Shown here in pieces: positions 48,958 to 63,499 of a DNA stretch of 64,000 nt; positions within the stretch are counted from its first letter, which is position 1; the number at the start of each line of letters is the position of its first letter. The position numbers were made by a program, and so were the translations under genes. The stretch spans positions 31,928,740 through 31,992,739 of the forward strand of contig JARDVH010000110.1 in the NCBI GenBank assembly GCA_030324005.1, given 5' to 3'. The notes below the pieces were generated by a model. That model ran no database searches. It saw only the letters and a program-made list of their open reading frames with translations, and was not told where the DNA came from. The DNA is from Negaprion brevirostris (taxonomy: Eukaryota).

Positions 48958-49361
48958 GCTTAAATGTACTATAGACAAAAAAGTCAATGAGGTTGAAGAG
49001 GAAGCATAATGTAAGGTACAAATCACTGTTGCTAATGGGTGAGCAGCGGTGGAAAATGATGGAAGCTACGTGGTACAAGGTGGAATTCGAACATGCTGAT
49101 TACCACTCCTGAGCTATACAAGGACATTTATATGCCTGGTTTCTAAGGAGGCTGACGCAGCATAACATGGTGACAAGTAATATTTACATGGAGAATTGGG
49201 TGTTAGGCTTCCAAGAACTAAAAGTAGTGTACATTATGATGAAGAATCACAGCAGATCTCATGTCATTGTCATCATGGAAACCTCCAGCCATCATCTAGA
49301 GCACTTCAGCCAAGGAAACATCTGGCATTGATATAACTCAATTAGGATTAGACACATAAAC

Positions 49362-49700
49362 AGGGGAGGCAGTGGTGCTGTCATTGGATTAGTAACTCAG
49401 AGTCCCAGAGCGAGATCTGGGTATTCAAATCCCCCCACGACGTATGTTAAGATTTGAATTTAATAAAAATTTGGAATTAAGTCTAATGATCATGAAACCA
49501 TTGTCAATTGCTGTTAAAAACCCATCTGGTTCATTAATTCCTATTCGGGAAGGCAATCTACTGTCCTGACCTGGTCTGGCATACATGTGATTCCAGATCT
49601 ACAGCAATGTAGTTGACTCTCAAATGCCCTCTGAAATGGAGGGCAGTTAGGGAAGGACAACAAATGCTGCCCCAGTCAGTGACACCCACATTATAAATTA
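49362..49700 (+). mobile_element. tRNA-derived SINE (second family)
   Basis: Homologous to 19648-20002. Confidence 0.8.
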
Positions 49701-52329
49701 ATAATATTTTAAAAGTCCCATACGCCCTACCACTTGGCTATGGAATTAATTTTATTCCACCAGTTTACGACCTTACTTGTAGTACATGTTTAGACAAACA
49801 ATGTGAAGATCAAGAAGTATATAAGGATAATGACATTTTAGATGTCCAAATTATCTGGCTCTGCAACGTTCTTTGTGGAAGTTTGACAAGTATCTGCGGT
49901 ATATAGTTTAATAGTAATGGTGATTTTTCATAGCCACTTGTAGAGTTTGATAGGTGGTGAGGTGTGATTTCAGGTCTCATTGCCCATGCATAACTTGCTT
50001 GGTGAGCATGTGGCCCCAATCCTCACCTCTATTGGGATAGTTTCTGCGATGAGTTGTGCATCTTTTCTCTATCTTCTTTCTCCTCTTCGTCCTTCTTCAT
50101 GGCAAAATAAGTGGTAATGGCATATATATATATATATATCCGTATTTTGGATAAAGGCTCCAGTCGTTGTCATGATATTTTAAAATATTTCCACCCTTGA
50201 CCTGATGGAATATTTCATTGCTTATTATTTACTGTACTTATCCCTTTTGTAAGACTGCCGACTTATACTTTGCTAATCACTTTTATTTGAGTGGCAAGAA
50301 GAGTAAATATTCAGAAAATATGTCACTAAAGGAATCTTGGAGGAAATCCATTGATACTAGTTAATCAGATGTGCTGAGCTTCCACTTGGACGAGTGTGGG
50401 AACAAAGACCTGTGGTGGCCGGTGTGGATGGGTGGTTGGGGGGGGGGGGGTGGAGTTGCGGCTGGGAATCCCATAGAGGGGTTGAACAGTGGGGTATTTG
50501 AGGGAAGTGGTTAGTCAGGAGACGGGGACGAGTCTTAGGGGAGAGGGAGGATCAATGGTATGAATAAGGAGATTGTCGTGATGGGTTGGTCTTGGTCTTT
50601 ATGATAATTACCCAAAAGTTAAGAGGTTTTAATTCTGCTAGCGTTTCCTGAATAACTATTGGTGTAACCCTATTGGGACCACCCAAAGTAGTTTGTGATT
50701 TAAATTGCATTTTTGGATGGTTCCCACCACAGGACAATTGCCCGGAGGATGTTTGCACTTCTGGCTACGTAAACCCTTACTAATGAAGTTCCTAGAGGGA
50801 TTCCTCAGTGCATCTTTGGGTTACTCCTCCCCACCCCACTACTCTCCATTTGCCGTCTGCGTGCGCGNNNNNNNNNNNNNNNNNNNNNNNNNNNNNNNNN
50901 NNNNNNNNNNNNNNNNNNNNNNNNNNNNNNNNATGGTGTAAGAATAACCAAGGATGAAACTAGGAAATTATTCTCACAGAAAAAGATTATATGAGCAAAT
51001 AGGAAAGAAATGAAAGTGATAATTAGTAAGAAATAATGATTGTTTATTTAAGAAGATATTATTGAAGAGTTTATGCTGAACCAGAAAGGCATGATAGTAT
51101 CCCAGAATTGGAGCAAAGATTTGTATCATAGCCAATAGTTTCTGTGTCATAGGTTTAACATTAAAATATTTTTTCTAACCACAGATAAACTCTATGGCCA
51201 ATTATAAGGCAGAATTAAATGAAAAAGTGCCACAAGCCAGATGGTTTTAATCTTTCTAAGCTAAATTGCTTTGATGAACTTGAATGTCAACTATCTGGAA
51301 TGTAGCTGTTCATTCTCGGCTAAGTTGGAAAACAGAACAGTATGTTTTTCTACTGAGCATGGTTTAAGATCATGCAATTCTTTCTGTCATCTGAAGAGAT
51401 ATTTAACCTAGATTTGAAAAATTATGTTCGGAAAGATAATTGCAAAATCACAGGCTTACAAGCATTGCTATTCACAAGTATTATCACTGACAGCAATGTT
51501 GTTTTGTATATTTCGGAAATATTCAATGCTTTTCATTAAAAAAAACCAAAGCTTTCCAGTACAAAATTCTAAAATGACATAATGTCTCTGTTGATCAGTG
51601 TGTTGCCAGAAGAAATTCAAAAAACGGGTCTTATAGTTCCATCAGGTATCTTTTTTTTAAAGATTTATGTTGTAAATTACTAATATTCTCCACACCAGTT
51701 GATTTGTTGGTAAGACCTGATGATTGTAATCTTGAATAGTGTCTCAGTTTCAGTCTAGTAATTTCAGCTATGAACAGTTACTTGAACTCAAAGTCTGATC
51801 CGTAACATAAGACAGGATCTACATAAAGTAATTGGATTTTCAGCTGAAAAATAGTTCACCAGTGATAAAGTCACAAAGGTAGGGTGGCATTCCATTGCTG
51901 GTGTAAGAAATTGAGTATTTTTTTACAGAACTGTTCAAATTAGTGAACATTGCATTTCATCCTTTTCGTGCAGTGTAAAATATATTTGTAGAATGATTTG
52001 TAAAATTATTACTTCTTTGAGGAAATCACAGATGTCATTAAAAAGAATGCAACAAATGTTGAACATATAAATTTCAGAAAACTCTTAATAAAGTTTCATA
52101 TATTAAATTTGCTACAAAAGTTAAAGCACTTGGTAGTGAAGAGAATGTAGCTCCATATCTTGAGACAGAAACCTGGGGTAAGTGATTTTTTTGATTAGTT
52201 TTAAGTAGATCATGTTATGACTGGTATTCTATTTTCTTTTCCATTTATGCAAATTATTTGGATCTAGGTGCAAGAGAAATCGTATTGAAATTTGCATGGA
52301 AATGCTTAATTAAGGAGCATGACCAACTG

Positions 52330-52760
52330 TAAAACCAAAAGCATTGTAATTATATAATACCTTTCGTGACCATAGGTTGTTTCAAAGCACTTCAGAGCCA
52401 ATTCAGTTCTTCTGAAGTGTTCTTCACTGTTGCAGTGTAGACAACACAGCAGCCAATTTGCACAGAACATACTCACAAAGAGCAACATGATAATAACCAG
52501 ATTATCTGCCTTTCGATAAATATTGGCCAGGACATCAGAGCCAACTTCCCAGCTCCTCTTTGAAATAGTGCTTTGGAATCTTTTACATTCAGCACAGGAA
52601 GCAGATGGGACCTTTCTTTAACATCTCATCCAAAAGATAGCACCTTCAGCATCTAACTGGAGCATTAGCCTTGGAATTTGTGCTCGTGGCCTGGAGTGGG
52701 GCTTGAACCCACAACCAACTGAGTCGGAGGCAAGATTGCTGCCAACTGAGATATGGCAGA
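52330..52760 (-). mobile_element. near full-length DeuSINE (SacSINE1-like)
   Basis: tRNA-like head CTCAGTTGGCAGC...GGGTTCAAGCCCCACTCCAG, core TTTTGGATGAGATGTTAA, tail CTACACTGCAACAGTGA. Confidence 0.7.
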
Positions 52761-52999
52761 CTGTCAGGAAATAGGTTTGTAGGATGGGCAAAGAGTAGCA
52801 GATGGATTTCCATACAGACAATTGTGAAGCAGTGCAGTGAAAGGAAATGTATGAGGATTTTGAACAGAGTGGAGAGAGTTAGGAGTGCAAACACACAAAA
52901 ATCAGAAATGCAGGTAGACAAGATCATAAAATGACAAGAGGGTTTATATGTAGAGTCACCAAGTAGAAAGACGAGGATCTGATACAGAATTTGTACACT

Positions 53000-53430
53000 G
53001 GGAGTGTTATATATAATTCTTGACACCCCGTCAGATGAAAGATATTAGAGACATGAAAAGATAATGGAAAAAATGACTGGTATGACAGTTTGCATGAGAC
53101 GATGTTTCTGATGAAATACTTGAATGATAGACTTTTTAAAAATAAGTTAGTGAGGACCTATTAGAGGTCTTCAAAATCTTGAAAGTTTTTGTGAAGGTAG
53201 ACAGTGAAAGATTGTTTATATTGGTCGAAGCATCAAAAATAAGAGGCTTAAATAATAGTTGGCATTCTAAAAAAAGAAAGGGAAAGTTAAACTTTTTTGT
53301 TCAAAATGCCGTTGGAAAATTGAATATCCTCTCACCAATGGTTTTTGAAGTAAAGAATACAATATAATTTAAAAGGGAATTGGATAAATATTGGAAAAGG
53401 AAATACTATATATGGGAAAGGGCAGGGAAA
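53000..53430 (+). mobile_element. decayed CR1-type LINE 3' end
   Basis: DLLEVFKILK..KVDSERLF resembles the CR1 ORF2 C-terminus. Confidence 0.65.
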
Positions 53431-56400
53431 TATGAGTACACTGGTTCCAACACAAGAGTTTTCTCAGCAACAGCAATCTGTTTAAGCTCCTGTTCTGCAT
53501 GTTCCAATTTTCCGCCAAAAGTGTCTAATATGCACAACAGATATTTTATGAATTTGAACATGCGTTTTCATGCATCAACATCAGAGCAGAAAGATACTTA
53601 ATTTCACATATGTTACTTGAATAGATAGAGAGTCGGAACATTTTGTTCAAAGCATTTTGCTAAGCACGTTTTAAAGTGCGCAATTTTTGCCCAACAGAAC
53701 TCAGTTGTAAGAATGATTCTGTAAAATAAGACCTGAAAGGAAATCAGTGGATGCTCGTGCACNNNNNNNNNNTATCATACATGGCTTACCAAAACAGAAC
53801 AGATTAATTTTCATTGTGAACTAACCACAAATAGCTGTAATTACACTGAGGGTGAATCAACAAACCATGTCTGAGACTCAGACAGCCTGAAAAGTCACTT
53901 TAACCTTTTGGTGCACACATCTAGAGTAATTATTAAACACCCAAACTACTGTGAGAGTCTTTTTGCCAAATGTGTCCCAAAATTTTCTAAAGGGCTGGAT
54001 TTAATGGGGCTCATCACTGTTGGAAACATGGTGGCTGGGCCCACTTAATCATGGGAGACACCCAGTCAGCCCCATGGTGGCAGCATAACCTCCCCCCATT
54101 AAGTTAGAGGGCGGAAAAGGATACACAGGATTCCCAGCTGCCGTGTGGTAGGATGTCAATTAAGATCATTAATGAGCCAATTGATACAACTGGTGGTAGC
54201 ACAGGGATTAAATGGGGTAACATAGCTTTTCCGTGCCTTCAGAAGGACACTCAGCAAACGCTGTTGGGTTTGCCAGCAGCCTCTTGGAGGCGACCTCTTG
54301 TTATCAAGCACTCTGTGCCCAGTTGATTGGCTGGCAGCTTTTGACAGCTTGTGTCTGGACCTCAAACAGAAGAAAGGCTCAACAGCTGCCACAAATGCAT
54401 TGTCATGACTCAGGAAGTCTGACTGGAAAGAAACATAGTTTTTTTTATGGAATGCAAAGTTGGACAACTACTGCAGTGTATACGCACACTCTAGTCACTG
54501 CCTGGGGTGCCATTCAGCCGGCCCAGCCCTGGGCCTGCCTTACAAAGGACAAAATGAGTTCCAGCTGGGCAAACCACTGCCTGCTACCAGGGGAACTCTC
54601 ACTCAATGAGTCCCATACGGCAATCAATCAGTGCTTCTCCATGGACCTTATGGGAGTTATCACATNNNNNNNNNNNNNNNNNNNNNNNNNNNNNNNNNNN
54701 NNNNNNNNNNNNNNNNNNNNNNNNNNNNNNNNNNNNNNNNCCCCCCACCCCACCCCACACACAGAACTGATGGGAATTTACTGTTGGTTCTTTGACCAGT
54801 GGGCGCCATTGGCCTGATTACATCTCAGAGTTTCTTCTCGCTTTAATATTTAATAGAGATGATTTTAATTTCCTCCATGTGATGTAAATGAAACAGCAGC
54901 TTATACTCCATTTACTGCCTTTTGGAGAGAGTCTATGGCTCAAAGGTCAGAGTGCCTGCCTGTTTTAAGGCAGGAAGTACGAATTAGGGTCCTATGATTG
55001 AATGTCAAACCAGATTGTAATTGAGGACAATCAGGTGCGACTTGTATGCTTCACCCATTTGCATCAATGGATAAATAGTCCCCCAAAGGTCTGCTGGAGA
55101 ACCATACACAAAACAGCCAAGTGCTGTTAGCCCCTTAAGCACACCTCATCCCAGATCTGCCGCTGCCCCCAAGCTCCAATTGTTGACCAGCTCAGCATGG
55201 GACTCAGCCATTTCTCCGTTCTCCCAGGGCGTGTTAATGAGTCTCAAAGGTTTGGGCTGTAAAACAGCACAAACAGGCAAGCAGAGGGCACATTCCATTT
55301 GCTGCCTGTCCATTCTCTGCTTCTAGTTAACATCAGCCATAGTGAACAAAATTCTTGATCATTAAAAATATCACGCTGGAAGTATCAGTTTGAAACTGAC
55401 ACTGTTGAAAGAAAGCCTTAACACAAATTGCCGTAAAACACTGTGCAGGTGCAGACAACTAAAGATTTCAGGTATGGTACACTCCTTCACCCGATGAAAG
55501 TCTGCATCTGAAATGTTAATTTGTCTGTTCTCTGCACATGCTGAGTGATTTATTAAGTGCTTCCACTGCATAGAGATTTTTGCTTTTTATTTGATTTGTT
55601 GAACGGAGTCAACAGAAATGCTTTATACTAATGGCTTTATGCCCACTCTGGCTGTAGGAGGAACAGATTAATTAATGCTGTGTGCACAAGTATCAACATG
55701 TTGGCTACATTTTCATGGTAACCAGGAGTCAACAAAATAGCACTTTACTTATGTGATCAGATTAAAAGTTAAGTTTCAAAAGTGAGTTTCATACCATTTA
55801 GCCAAGTGTAACCTGAGTGATTTTTCTTCTGATTTATAATACATTGAAGAGAAGCTAAAACTACTTGCCTTCAATAAAAACTCTGCATCTATTATATAGC
55901 TGGCCTATATCCATTTGTTGCCTCAAATTTCCACAGGAACTGACCCTAAATGTTAAACTAGACTGGAGGTGGAGCTAAAAGATTTGTTTTTTTAATTGGT
56001 TTATAAATGTAAGCTGTAGACATGCTTTATATAATTTTGTTACGGAGAAAACACAGTACTGCTATGGAGATTTTCCTAAACCAGTGTACACTAAGTACTG
56101 ATTGCTCTGCTTTAACACAAAAGCATTAAGAGCAAAGGATGCATTTCCCTTCAGGAAGCCCCATGCTACAGAACATGTTGTAACATTTTATGTGAAGGAA
56201 TTTTACTACAGTTTAAGGTTAATTGTCCCTTTGCATGCAACTTTGCGGTAAAGAACAAAAAGGAAGTCTGCATGGAGAGAACTTAATAGAGTACAGAGTT
56301 CCTGACTGGTACTGCATTTTCAAATTAGGTGGAATAAAATTGTGCTTGGACAATGTCAGTAGGTTAAGGTTGGACAATAACAGCACAGGTTACAGCTGAT

Positions 56401-57986
56401 ATTGTTGCGATTTATGTTGTGAAATAATTATGTTCCAGACCAGGTGCATGTACTCTTACAATAAAACATTCATCTTAATATTAACCATGAAATATTCTCA
56501 AATATTCAACAATCTGAAATGCAGAGCCCTAGTTACAGGTTTTCTTTCATCTTTTTGTGTCAAAAGCTGTATATGTTTTCATCACAGATGTTATGAATAT
56601 AATCACAAAAGAAATTTATTTATTTCACAGGAATAACCTTGTTCTTTGGTGTTGTAGGCGGTGTACAGCTTCAGTTTATTTATGGAGCTTGATGTTTTCA
56701 TAAAATAAAAGATCAGGATATAATTCTGACAGTCTCTTGTACGATCATGTCTTAGATTTATCCAGATGTTGTATGTTGACCCATAGTAGTTTAAGAAAAG
56801 AGTTAAAATATCACAAAACTAAGGAAATAAACCAACACCTGGAATAAATAAATGACCCTTGTAATTTAGTCTGTAACAAAGCCCAATGTGAAAATAAATT
56901 AAGATGAATAATGTTTGTTTTAAAACCAATATATTTTTAAAAAGTTTTGTATAAGAGAGCCTACTTTAAAACCATTTGTAAAATAAATGTGTTCTATATT
57001 TTGCTACAGTTGATATGTTGAATCAATACAGGATGGACTTTACTAAAAGAAGTTTAGATGGTTATTATTGGTTTTAAATTCAATGTTTAAATTTGATGAA
57101 GAGGACATTATGGTGAAAATGGTTCAGACCTGTCGCTTATACTTGCTGCAGATAAAGGATAATGCTGGGTTACCAAATTCGTCCATTTGGATTGCCCAGA
57201 ATGTTATAGATAATTATGAGTGTCTGTCTGTATTTGTTTTGAAAGCATTTTAATCTGGTCTTTTTAATAAGATAAATTGGAGTTGGCTCTCCTAAATTCA
57301 TTAGTAACAATTCATATTCTAGGATAAGGCCAATTGAAGATCATGAAAACTCAATACATGAATGATAAGACTTTCAATTTTCATGGAGTCTGATAGAGAC
57401 CTTCACACATCATAGGTGACCTCGCTATTGAGTTCTTCCCTCTCCTAGCTTGTCATTCCTACCTTTTTGCTCTTTCCCCATTTATCCCCACTGCCACCAA
57501 AGCCCAGAATAGAAAAATCTATTTTTTTCATTTATGTAATTATCCCTTGTACAGAACACATTTAACCTAATTTTGCTGATTAACTTAAAATTTTAATGGC
57601 GATAATAGAAGAGAAACTTGGATAACATTGGTTATTAAGCATTCCACATGTTAAATTTCCAAATAAAGCTATTTCTCTGATCATACAATATTATTATCTT
57701 TCAAGATACAAATACTTCTCATTTTCAATGTACAACAAACTATTTTTCTAACAATGTTACTTTAAAGGATTATTGTGTTGTCTTTCCCAGTTGTTATCTT
57801 TGATATTGATAAGATCATGGAAAACTAAATTCTTTATTGAAATGCAAGCAGAAAATGGCAACAATTTGGATTAACAATTATTAATTACAGTTGACTGAGA
57901 AGAACACATACATCTATACACAAACCTAAATGATCAAACCTACAGACTCAAATAAAAGCCAAACCACTGCGCAAACCTGGCCATTG

Positions 57987-57996
57987 CCTTTTAAGG
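57987..57996. promoter_or_regulatory. CArG box CCTTTTAAGG
   Basis: Consensus CC(A/T)6GG in a repeat-poor stretch. Could be a chance match. Confidence 0.3.
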
Positions 57997-59769
57997 TATA
58001 ACTTGTCATCTGATCTGCAGCATTCATCTAGACAGGAATCAGCTTAAATCTGGAGGAGGCCACTTCAGTCTCCCAGCACATTTCCTGCTTTCACAACACA
58101 GTATTCTCTGGAATTTAGCTCATTTTCCACTAAAGTTGCAAGTTGAGGTGAAATAAGTGTGCAGTTTTCTAAGTTATCTTAAACGCATCTCTTCTCTGCA
58201 CAAGCATTCATATTTTATATGTTTGGAGTGGAGTTAAAATAAAAAATCTAAAGCATGTAGTACTACACTTGAAAACTTTCACAAACGCCATCTGGCTCTA
58301 AGGACTGAATAAAATGTTTCCTGATGGAAAAGCATTAGGAGGTAAAGATCAGGGGCCCCATTGTTTAATCTGCTTTGAATATGACTTACAAAATTGCAAA
58401 CTTTTTTGGTTATGCAGATTAGCAATTTAATAAAATATTTTGGGATTGGTGCTACATACGTACACAGGATGGAAGTGTGCTCCCTCCTGAAGTTTCACAA
58501 ATGTTATTTTATATACCTTCAGCTGTCATAACAAGACCAAATATTTCATTAATGGTATGTGTGGCATTTCCATTCTGGCAATACTGTTAAAAATGGTGCC
58601 TTCAAGATTGTGGTAAAAGTCATTTTGATTTGCTTATTTAAAATGTGCTGGTGCAAAATCATCTGAGCAGCAAACTGCACGAGTGGGGAGTTTCACAGAG
58701 CTAAAGCCAACACTGTAGCCACCTCCAAAATATTAGTGTAGGTTCACTGAAGCTGAGGAAAATACTCTAAGTAAAAGTCAGTGCTTATAGTGAATGACAT
58801 TATATACAAGTTAAATAAGCTCAACACAATGATGCAAAGCACACATTTTATTTTGAAACCACCAGAATTCGGTTTTAATTTTTTAAGTCGAATTTAGCTT
58901 TCTCAGTGGTTTTGCTGTCTACCCAGTGAGTAGCAGAACCACGCAGGTCAGGCCAAATCTCATTTTCACCCCCTGTCCTTTCTGAGTTAGCTGTAGAAGA
59001 ACCAAGGATTGGCCCATGCCCCCATGGAAATGTTCTTTAACAAGGAGTCCTTAAAAGAGGCCCATGGAAATGTTCCTTAACAAGAAGTTGAATCCTTTGA
59101 GAGAAGAGCAAAAGTGAAACAGTTGGCATGAAAAATAAAAGTTGAAATTAATTAGGATTGATTCAACCAAAATATGCCTGCCATGATTTGCAAGTGGATA
59201 TTATTACAGTGGCCTATTGGGACACTTGAGTAAAGTAAATGTATTGACATCAAACTAAAATGAATTGCACCCTGCAATAGTATAATCATATCACTGGTGG
59301 AAGTTTAGTTTACTTAGCATTTGAAGTGTAAAGCACAATTAAAGGAGATACAGCTCATTTGCTCCAGCCATGAGTTACAAAGAAATAATTTAAAATCATA
59401 CCGATACCAAGTATGTAGCAGTACCTACATCTGGTAACAAATTCACACATTCGAATGAAGTTGGAAAGTGAAAGATTTTACAATACAACAAAGAATAATC
59501 TTTCTTCTTTCTTTCTCCGTGATTCTTAAGATGTCAATCTTCCTGTTATGAAGCTCCTCTTATATGAAAAGAGAAATGAATAAGGGGCACATATGTGCAT
59601 CAATGGTTTTCCATTCTGAACAGCAAGTAGTTCCATTTGTTCTTCCCACCAGATCAATGTTCTGCTGTTGCGATAAGTTCCACCTAATGTTCCATTGGTA
59701 AGTGAATGAAACTAGTCACAGGTGTAAGACTAAAGCAAGATGAGTTTGATTTAAGAGCCTAGCTTTTGG

Positions 59770-60070
59770 CTGGGGACAGTCCTGGTCTCAGGATAAGGGA
59801 CCAGGCATTTCAAACTGTGATGAGGAATTTTTTCACTGAATGAATTGGGGATTTTTGAGATTCTCCACCTCAGAGAGATGTGGGTGCTTAGTTGTTGAGT
59901 ATATTCAAGACAGAGATTGATAGACTTTTGGATACCAAGGGCATTAAGGGATACGGGAATAGTGCAGTAAAATGTCATTTGGGTTGAAGGCCAACCATGA
60001 TCACATTGAATGGCAGGACAAGCTGAAAGGCCTAATGATCTAAACTTGCTCCTATTTCTGATGCTCTTAT
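59770..60070 (+). mobile_element. CR1-type LINE 3' end
   Basis: GATGAGGAATTTTTTCACT...ATATTCAAGACAGAGATTGATAGA...CTTGCTCCTATTTCT. Confidence 0.7.
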
Positions 60071-63000
60071 TTCCATGCTTGACTTTTACTCTTCACCTTT
60101 AGAAGTTTGTTTTGCATCCGACTGCACTGATTAATTTATGGAAATAGTTCCATGATGAAATTAGAATATTTTTCTATTGCCATCCAGTAGCAGCATTGAG
60201 AACTACTAAGTCAGCAATGCCAGGTAGCCAACAATCTACGTTAACAATGCAGCCTTAATTACAATCAGATCTTAACCTCCACAATCTTGTTAATGTTTTC
60301 ACTCTCTATTTGTCTTATCCCAGCATCTTTGAGGCAATGATGCGAAAACAGAGGCCGCAGAAGAATGCATGACTTTGTGATTAGAGAACAAGTACTTACT
60401 TTATTTTTGAAGCATTTTACTGCTTAACTTGAGAGATAAATTTGTCTTAAATTCACAACAAAGTAATAATGAGAATTCTTCAGACTAAAACTAATTTGTG
60501 GTCCAGCACAAATTCTTGGTTCTCTTTGGTCTGGAATGCATATTAAGGGTAAGCCAGAATCTGGACCTCTTTGAGAGAGCGATTTGCAAATATTTAATTA
60601 ACATTAAGCATCCACAAGCATGTAGCAATTCAGCTATTTTGTGTAATTGGAGGAGACATTTAACAACAGTTCTTAACTAGGTTGCTGTATTGTTTCCTTT
60701 ATTCTGGTCACATTTTAAGATATGGCATCATTAGCAATAAATGCCAAAGTAATAAACATGCATACATTTAACAGATCAACAAATTTGTTCTGACCCTACT
60801 GCATATATTAATTATGAAGCAATAAATAAGCAATATATTTTTGCCAAAATGAGAAAAAACACACTGTGCCTTGGCCGGAAGTCAAAATTATTTATGCAGA
60901 CAGCTGGAACCATCTGGAATTAGTATTCTGTTCCAGAGACAACCACTGCTGTGAATTACATTCTATGTTAACAGAACAGTTTGCATATACTCTGAAGTCC
61001 AAGTATTCTGCATGTTTAAACTAAGAACTTACTTATCGAAATCTTGCAGACACATTTAACCTATTCATTAATACAAAACTTTACATGACTTTAAATCTAA
61101 TCTTGGATAATGTAAAGCTATGCATTAACATGTACAATAGCCTGCCTAGTATATTCTGAAAAACACTTTTGCATTTTGCAAATGATGCATGAAACAGATG
61201 GAAGTCATCAAAGAATATTTTTGAAGCTATTAAATACAAAAGCAAAGGAAAATTTGACTCCGCTTTGGTGAGAAACCAAAGCTATAATAAGAGCTTGTGA
61301 ATGCATGTCTGAAAAGGGCTAAATTGTTCATTGCCACAGGCAAAGTGTACGATTGCATCATCCTGTAGAAGCAATAAAAAAAACTCTATCTTCTTTACTG
61401 TTAATGATTTAAAACGTGGTTTAAAATTCTTAACACAATTTATATAAGCTCCGGTACTTAAAGTTTAAATTTAAGTGTAAACAATGTTCGGATTTATTTA
61501 GGCATTGTAACTTTCAGTTTTGTAGTTACGGGGATTAACAGTACGTACCTCTATTGTCACTGCTTGGCTGTTGAGTCACACCTGTTGGGAATGGACAGAG
61601 CCTCAATTTTTTCTTCCTGAATATAAATACTGTCGCTGAGGATCAGAGCTACAACTCAGGAATTTTATAAATTATGTGGGTCTTTTGAATACTTTTCTGT
61701 GCTGCTTCCTTTGGAAAACCCTTTTCTTTTANNNNNNNNNNNNNNNNNNNNNNNNNNNNNNNNNNNNNNNNNNNNNNNNNNNNNNNNNNNNNNNNNNNNN
61801 NNNNNNNNNNNNNNNNNNNNNNNNNNNNNNNNNNNNNNNNNNNNNNNNNNNNNNNNNNNNNNNNNNNNNNNNNNNNNNNNNNNNNNNNNNNNNNNNNNNN
61901 NNNNNNNNNNNNNNNNNNNNNNNNNNNNNNNNNNNNNNNNNNNNNNNNNNNNNNNNNNNCCATGTGGAAATCATTAAAATTGAGAGGCTCAGTGACCAGT
62001 GCCAGCTTTGTGCCTGGGAACGTGAGTGAACTGCCTCAGAGGTTGTTTATAACAATTAACTTCCTCCTTCTCCCTATGGACAATCTCTGGATCTGGAGAT
62101 TATAGCCACAAAAAGAGAAAGCAAACTAACAAGCTTTAAATTGCCCAAGTGCGTGGAATTTCTATCTGCGTCGGAGTCCTGCACAGCCTAAATAATTCCT
62201 TTCTGCTACAGTTAAGACTCATTCTCTGTGGTGAATTTCCTTAGCAGAACACAAGGAACAGATCACAGTTTTTGAAACTGACATCATAAAGAAACAAAAC
62301 GAAGTTAAGCCAGAAACTCCAAATTCTGTTTCATGTGTCAGTTGATACAGGAATGCTATGTTAGGATCCAAAGAATAATGCATATTATATATAAACGAAA
62401 AAAAACTTTGATAGGATCAGCATTCAAACAACACTTTAAATGGCAATGTTATTGTAATTTGTCTCTCTTCTGCCTGAGAAAATAGCTGAGAAATGAGTAA
62501 TTCTGGCTTGCTTTGTGCCTTTACATTTGTAAATTATGAATCTGCTGTCTTAGTTACGCGATAAATTTTGTACAGAATTTAGATTCTGGAAAACGATTGA
62601 ACTATTTAATTCCTAATGCCTTCGTCATATATCTATACTGATTTATGATTGGTAAGGGTTGAGACTTTTCTAAACCTGAAATTAACTAAAGCAGGCTGCA
62701 GACAAAAGTTATATGATTAATGATATATAAATTTATATAAAATATATTTATATCAACTACATATATTTACAATATGAAATATCTCATTGTGTCCTACCGA
62801 AAGTATAATGAACAAACTTTAATGAGTAATATGGATCTAATATTAACCAAACAAAAAAGCTCAATGATGAACTTATCTGAGTTTAACTTTCCTCCAACTC
62901 ATTCGCAAGCTTTTTCTAAAAAGCAAGTATCGAGGTGCTTAATTCCAGCAATTTATTTTGTGCTCATGTCAATTTCTGTTGATTTCTTAGATTGTGGTTT

Positions 63001-63499
63001 TTAAGTGATTATTATATTATTGAATGAACTGTTAACAAATGTGGGCAACTGGGACTAGCTTAAGGGGTTTAAAAAGAATAGGCAGCATGGACAAGTTGGG
63101 CCAACCTGTAAACCTCGATGACTCTAAGCTTGCAAGTGTGGAATTTTAAATATCAGTGCATATCATAANNNNNNNNNNTATCATAATAGGACCTCAACTA
63201 ATCATCCAAAATTATTAATTGGACATCAGTGCATTTAAATCATTTGAAAGAGATGATTTTGTGTTGATTGGGAGAGGTATTGGGTGCAAAGGGGATTGGT
63301 GTGAATCTCCTACAAAAAAACGTAGGAAGAGTTTTACCAGCTTGCTTTTGAGATGGGGGAATCGAGCAAAATTGTAGAAAAAATACTTTGTGCTCATTTC
63401 CCAGCATTTTCCCATCTCCTCTTAACTTATCTCTGAGGTTGCTATTAAGTCTGATATCATCCCGCTGGACAATGGTGGGAAGCCAAATAAGCATGTTAC

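Noticed and set aside
61649-62029. ORFs spanning N runs (also near 5232-5802, 15215-15555, 45074-45474 and 54233-54817)
   Set aside because: Their length is an artefact of assembly gaps translated as X.
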